Shown here piece by piece: positions 57,569-61,394 of a DNA stretch of 61,394 nt. The notes beneath the pieces were generated by a model. The model saw only the letters and a program-made list of their open reading frames with translations. It was not told where the DNA came from and made no database searches. Source of the stretch: a virus (lineage: Duplodnaviria > Caudoviricetes). Location: the IMG/VR virus record IMGVR_UViG_3300021139_000014, positions 1 to 61,394 of that record. One strand, 5' to 3'. The position numbers and the translations under genes were made by a program. The number at the start of each line of letters is the position of its first letter. Position 1 is the first letter of the stretch.

Positions 57569-58309
57569 TTATTTGGACATTGAACCCCACTTGAATATCA
57601 ATTTGGTGTACCAATCATCCTGTATATTATTCTTTTTAATCCAATTTACAACTATATTAATTCTCTTACCTTTATCCTTTGGCATAATCTTATAACCAGA
57701 TTCCCAAAAAGGAGTCATCAATCTTGAGTAGGTAATTCTTCTTCTTTTGATTTCCTCCTCAGAATACTTACTAGGTTTTTTTAAAGATTCATTAGGGTCC
57801 TTAATTTGAGTTACATCTTGTTTAATTTTTGCCATATGAAAAAACTTTCTCAACATGTTCTTTTCATAATACTCTACAACCTCCCTGCCCTTATCTAATA
57901 AATAATAAAATCCCCTTCCATCTTTTGTGGCCAAATTAATTAACATTAAATAATTCATGTCTTTTATTACTGTTGTAGCAGGTATACCTAAATCCTTAAA
58001 GTCTTTTTTAATTTTTTCTACAGAGGTAAAATTCCTTTCATACATATAAAATAAAATCATCATACGCTTTATGTTTAACTTGCTAGGCAAGGGCTTCATA
58101 AGTATATGTGATATATATCCTAAATACACAATCCACTTTTTTCTTTTAAGTTGAAAGTGCATATTCTTAATATAGTAATCTCTTTTTTTTACAATGGCTT
58201 CTAGGTACTTTATTCTTTCTTTGTATGGTGCGAGTAAAGTCTTTTCAAGCTCATCGGTATTAATAAAGGCTGATATATTAATTCCGTTACCTTGACTTTT
58301 TATTTTCAT
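57569..58309 (-). CDS. Basic protein with a possible winged-helix segment
   Basis: VIKDMNYLMLINLA...YYLLDKGREVV resembles a wHTH wing. Confidence 0.5.
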   Translation of the reverse strand: MKIKSQGNGINISAFINTDELEKTLLAPYKERIKYLEAIVKKRDYYIKNMHFQLKRKKWIVYLGYISHILMKPLPSKLNIKRMMILFYMYERNFTSVEKIKKDFKDLGIPATTVIKDMNYLMLINLATKDGRGFYYLLDKGREVVEYYEKNMLRKFFHMAKIKQDVTQIKDPNESLKKPSKYSEEEIKRRRITYSRLMTPFWESGYKIMPKDKGKRINIVVNWIKKNNIQDDWYTKLIFKWGSMSK

Positions 58310-58604
58310 TTATAAGTTGTTCTATAAGTGGTATCCCTTTCTTTTCTGCCTCCTTAGTTTCACTCTCATCCATTTTTAAATAATTAACTCTCAACCAATT
58401 AACTGACTCTACCATGTCCTTTAGACTAGAGGTCAGCTTTTGGAAACGCTCAAATGTTTTATCGTCTCCATTAAGGTCAAGTGTAATACTATTTAAAGAG
58501 GCTGATAGTTCGTTAATCTTTCTGTTAAGTGCAAAGAACAAGGCATACATGCCATCTTGCTTGTATAATAATAATTCTTCCTTAAGTGTTTCTAATTCAG
58601 ACAT
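58287..58604 (-). CDS. Hypothetical helical protein (small-terminase candidate)
   Basis: 105 aa, coiled-coil, upstream of portal; function inferred from position only. Confidence 0.4.
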   Translation of the reverse strand: MSELETLKEELLLYKQDGMYALFFALNRKINELSASLNSITLDLNGDDKTFERFQKLTSSLKDMVESVNWLRVNYLKMDESETKEAEKKGIPLIEQLINENKKSR

Positions 58605-58939
58605 ATCGTTGCTTGTATTTGTTCTTCATGATTTATAATATGAATGGAAAATTTATTATTAATAATTCCCTCATATATATTATCTAATTCATATTCAGTT
58701 AATGGATTTTTTGTATCTTTTATAATGTGGTAAAAAAATGCATCTTCTGGTTCTATATCCTTGGCTAATCCTTCTACATCATCTAGGCTTTCTCCAAACA
58801 TTATAATCTCATAGTGCTTGTCAAAAAATAATACAACTCCCGCATTTACCTGTGACTCGTAATACAAATCTTTAATAGGTTTTATTTCTATTATATAATT
58901 TGCTGCATTGGTAAGGTTGATTATTAATGCTCGGCTCAT
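58592..58939 (-). CDS. Hypothetical protein
   Basis: Start at ATG 58939, 3 nt after promoter TAAATTTG (58943-58950). Confidence 0.55.
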   Translation of the reverse strand: MSRALIINLTNAANYIIEIKPIKDLYYESQVNAGVVLFFDKHYEIIMFGESLDDVEGLAKDIEPEDAFFYHIIKDTKNPLTEYELDNIYEGIINNKFSIHIINHEEQIQATICLN

Positions 58940-58947
58940 AGCCAAAT

Positions 58948-59547
58948 TTAGCATACTTTGTCGAAGACCCCAAGAATGTCTTCCCTCCATATTCTGATTG
59001 CTCTTTTCTCCTCGTTGTTAAAGTGATATACCATTTCATAATCAGAATACTTATAACAAAGCACCCTGTCTCCTGCCTCTACAAATGCATCATCAGGTAC
59101 AGCAATAATATCAAATACTGTATCTAATGTTTCTTCAAATGGAGAGTAGATTGTTTTGCTGACTGACTCCTTAGGTATTCTTTTACCTATGTAGTTTCCA
59201 TTTAATGGAATCAGTTCACCTGTTTCTTTGTTAATCTTAGCATAGACTGTCATGTCAAAATGAATTGCTAGAATAGTCCACTGTTCTGCTAGATTAGTCT
59301 TGATAATCTGACCTTCGTTTGTTAGGATGTTATGATGTACAATAAGTAGGTCTCCAACCTCTACGGTTGATATACCTTCTCCTACACTCATCACCTCACA
59401 TACTACTGGATTTTGTTCACGGCTATTTTCTCCGTACTTTCTACCAATGTAAAGTCTAATAGACTTACCATCTGGCATTTTGATTTCATGCGTTTCTTTT
59501 TGCTCATTGAACGACTTAACAATGAGTTGTTTTCTTTTGGCTTTCAT
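58948..59547 (-). CDS. Tandem GroES-like domain protein
   Basis: EVMSVGEG..VEVGDLL and VEAGDRVL...REDILGV. Confidence 0.7.
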   Translation of the reverse strand: MKAKRKQLIVKSFNEQKETHEIKMPDGKSIRLYIGRKYGENSREQNPVVCEVMSVGEGISTVEVGDLLIVHHNILTNEGQIIKTNLAEQWTILAIHFDMTVYAKINKETGELIPLNGNYIGKRIPKESVSKTIYSPFEETLDTVFDIIAVPDDAFVEAGDRVLCYKYSDYEMVYHFNNEEKRAIRIWREDILGVFDKVC

Positions 59548-59636
59548 GTCTTTGTGTTTGCACCGATTATTAGAATCGAACTAATGCCTTTGGTTTTGGA
59601 GACCAATATTCTACCCCTAAACTAAATCGGATATGT

Positions 59637-59900
59637 TTATTTTTTTGTTGAACCTCCGTCCTTCCCATTACGGGCTCTGTTAGCTGATGCGCTTTCCTTC
59701 ACCAGCTTTCCAGACTTTGTATGGCTCATATCCTTACCATCACCATTTCCGTATGTACCTGCATCTCTGTTAGCCTTGTTAAGTTTAACACGATACTTTT
59801 TACGCTCGGGAGTAGCATGATACTTTGTATTGTAATCATTCTTCTTCTTACGAGCCTCAGGATTATTACGGAAATAAATTGCTGATTTGGATAGTGCCAT
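59637..59900 (-). CDS. Small basic protein with an HNH-like tail
   Basis: GDGKDMSH...SANRARN. Confidence 0.65.
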   Translation of the reverse strand: MALSKSAIYFRNNPEARKKKNDYNTKYHATPERKKYRVKLNKANRDAGTYGNGDGKDMSHTKSGKLVKESASANRARNGKDGGSTKK

Positions 59901-60073
59901 TATTTCTTCTTTGTTTTTCCTACAGATGCCATTTTGATTTCACTCTTCTCGTAGTCAGGACGAAGCTTACGACCCATCTCTCCGTAACCAGGCTTTACAA
60001 TATCACTTGACTTTACTGGTACGTTGATTGTTTTTTTAGCAGGCTCCTGCTTCTTCATTTTAACTTTAGCCAT
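59900..60073 (-). CDS. Small basic protein (57 aa, absent from the ORF track)
   Basis: MAKVKMKKQEPAKK...; TAATG coupling to the next gene. Confidence 0.6.
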   Translation of the reverse strand: MAKVKMKKQEPAKKTINVPVKSSDIVKPGYGEMGRKLRPDYEKSEIKMASVGKTKKK

Positions 60074-60074
60074 A

Positions 60075-60368
60075 TTATGATTTTTTATGTTTGTTTGCGA
60101 ATGACCTTGCAGCTGCTGGTGAACTGAATCCCCATGCCTTTAATGCCAAGGCTTTTCTTGTTGGTTCTCCGTTTGGCTTTTTCATTGGACCTGCCATAGC
60201 CGCAAAACGAGCAGCAAAAGAAACCCTACGAGGGTTAGTCCCTGACTTAACTGGCGCTTTTAAATTACCACCATGAGCTTTGTTATAAGAGGCTCTACCT
60301 TTAGCATTCAATCCTCCTTCTTTATTTTTACCTTCAGAACGCTGCCATGCAGCTGTTTTATAAGCCAT
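60075..60368 (-). CDS. Small basic phage protein (DUF6321-like)
   Basis: GGLNAKGR...NLKAP...RRVSFAARF...ALKAWG. Confidence 0.75.
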   Translation of the reverse strand: MAYKTAAWQRSEGKNKEGGLNAKGRASYNKAHGGNLKAPVKSGTNPRRVSFAARFAAMAGPMKKPNGEPTRKALALKAWGFSSPAAARSFANKHKKS

Positions 60369-60891
60369 GTTTATTAGTTATTAATTTACACATATTTAAA
60401 AACTCATCATTAGATAAATTATGTTTTGCAATGTTTACCATTCTGCAAACTAATTGCACATTTCCTTTTATATATCCTAAATTTGAATCTATCCTATCTA
60501 TTGATACATTTGTATTTACAACTCCATCTCCAAGTATCATTGACATTTTTATTCCAGTCAAAGCGCATCTTCCATCTTGATTTATATACAAATCTTCTAA
60601 ATCATCTAATGATATGCAATCACCTTTTCTATTTATAGCTTTGCTTCTTAAGTAGCATAAATAGCTTCTTTTGTTTTTTGTTCTTTTATGATTTACATAT
60701 GTAAGCTTATCTTCTCCATATGTTTTTTTATGGTATGATTTCATTTTAGATGAAATACATTTTTTACACCATGATTGATATTTTTTAGTACCATCAGCTT
60801 TATTACCAGTAGTATAAAAATTATCCATATCGCAATAAGTATTGCAATGAGAACAAGATTTACCATGAATAATTTGCCATGCTTCCGACAT
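60358..60891 (-). CDS. HNH/EndoVII-like homing endonuclease with zinc finger
   Basis: CSHC..WCKKC; QDGRCALTG; SIDRIDS..GY..GNVQLVC..VN. Confidence 0.8.
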   Translation of the reverse strand: MSEAWQIIHGKSCSHCNTYCDMDNFYTTGNKADGTKKYQSWCKKCISSKMKSYHKKTYGEDKLTYVNHKRTKNKRSYLCYLRSKAINRKGDCISLDDLEDLYINQDGRCALTGIKMSMILGDGVVNTNVSIDRIDSNLGYIKGNVQLVCRMVNIAKHNLSNDEFLNMCKLITNKHGL

Positions 60892-60892
60892 A

Positions 60893-61036
60893 CTATTTAC
60901 CTTTTATTTTCTTTTCTTGTTTCAACATTTCCTTGGTAGGCTTTTTACCACTACCTGCGGCAGCACGAATATTATCCCATAGACCTCTCTTGGAATAATG
61001 ACCATCAGCTCTTTTAATCATCTTTACTTTTGCCAC
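60893..61036 (-). CDS. Small basic protein (47 aa, GTG start)
   Basis: MAKVKMIKRADGHYSKRGLWDNIRA...; manual translation. Confidence 0.6.
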   Translation of the reverse strand: MAKVKMIKRADGHYSKRGLWDNIRAAAGSGKKPTKEMLKQEKKIKGK

Positions 61037-61191
61037 TTGCCTTTGATTTGATTCTCTAATCTTTTCTTTAATAACCCATCAGTCATAGCAATTTCTCTAG
61101 CTGATATCATTGCCATCTTCTTTTCATGAGCAGGTGTACCTTGTTCAGGTTTGTCACCCATGCCTGTCTTCTTTAGTTTAACTTTTGCCAT
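61024..61191 (-). CDS. Small basic protein (55 aa)
   Basis: MAKVKLKKTGMGDKPEQG...; 3 nt after promoter TATATTTG (61195-61202). Confidence 0.6.
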   Translation of the reverse strand: MAKVKLKKTGMGDKPEQGTPAHEKKMAMISAREIAMTDGLLKKRLENQIKGKWQK

Positions 61192-61202
61192 ACACAAATA
61201 TA

Positions 61203-61394
61203 CTATTTATATTTATTAATTATATCCTCTAACTCTTGACGCGTCCACTTCTTTATTCGCTGATTCATGTATATAAACTCTAGTTCATTTACAGCTCTAT
61301 CTCCTATCTTTTTAACAAGTCCTACTCTGTACATAACCTGATTACCATGCAAATAAAGATTACAGCCGGCACACTGTAGGTTCACATTCCATTC
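61203..61394 (-). CDS. NinG-family recombination endonuclease, 5' end outside window
   Basis: N.NLQCAGCNLYLHGN...YRVGLVKKIG...KKWT. Confidence 0.8.
   Translation of the reverse strand, partial: EWNVNLQCAGCNLYLHGNQVMYRVGLVKKIGDRAVNELEFIYMNQRIKKWTRQELEDIINKYK

Noticed and set aside
1-61394. Stop-codon reassignment as in some crAss-like phages
   Set aside because: Structural genes are long and densely packed under the standard code, and no suppressor tRNA was found.

Overview
The window looks like most of the genome of a short-tailed (podovirus-type) dsDNA phage. The host is probably a Bacteroidota member, judged from TAnnTTTG -7 promoters, A-rich starts without Shine-Dalgarno sites, and a T9SS sorting domain. 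Both ends cut through genes. The + strand arm (about 1.7-17.1 kb) carries small early genes, a Gp88-like protein, ERF recombinase and exonuclease, a DnaA-domain-IV protein, primase-helicase, a tRNA-like element and the large terminase. The - strand arm (about 61.4 to 17.1 kb) carries small basic proteins, a GroES-like protein, portal, scaffold, major capsid, ring and nozzle proteins, internal virion proteins, tail fibres and a GH19 lysis module. I recognised no DNA polymerase, RNA polymerase, integrase, reverse transcriptase or CRISPR array. The best candidates for undescribed biology are: (1) a six-gene envelope cassette between the tail-fibre and lysis genes, with two CsgG-like proteins, a cohesin/dockerin protein, a stand-alone lipidated T9SS C-terminal domain, a membrane anchor and a beta-barrel; (2) a ~330-nt densely base-paired non-coding element preceded by a terminator/antiterminator leader; (3) a tRNA-like RNA with a truncated anticodon arm; (4) an array of ~30-bp distinct palindromes after the capsid gene; (5) a PurD-like ATP-grasp enzyme among the ejection proteins. 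All family calls come from motifs recognised by eye; no database search was run.
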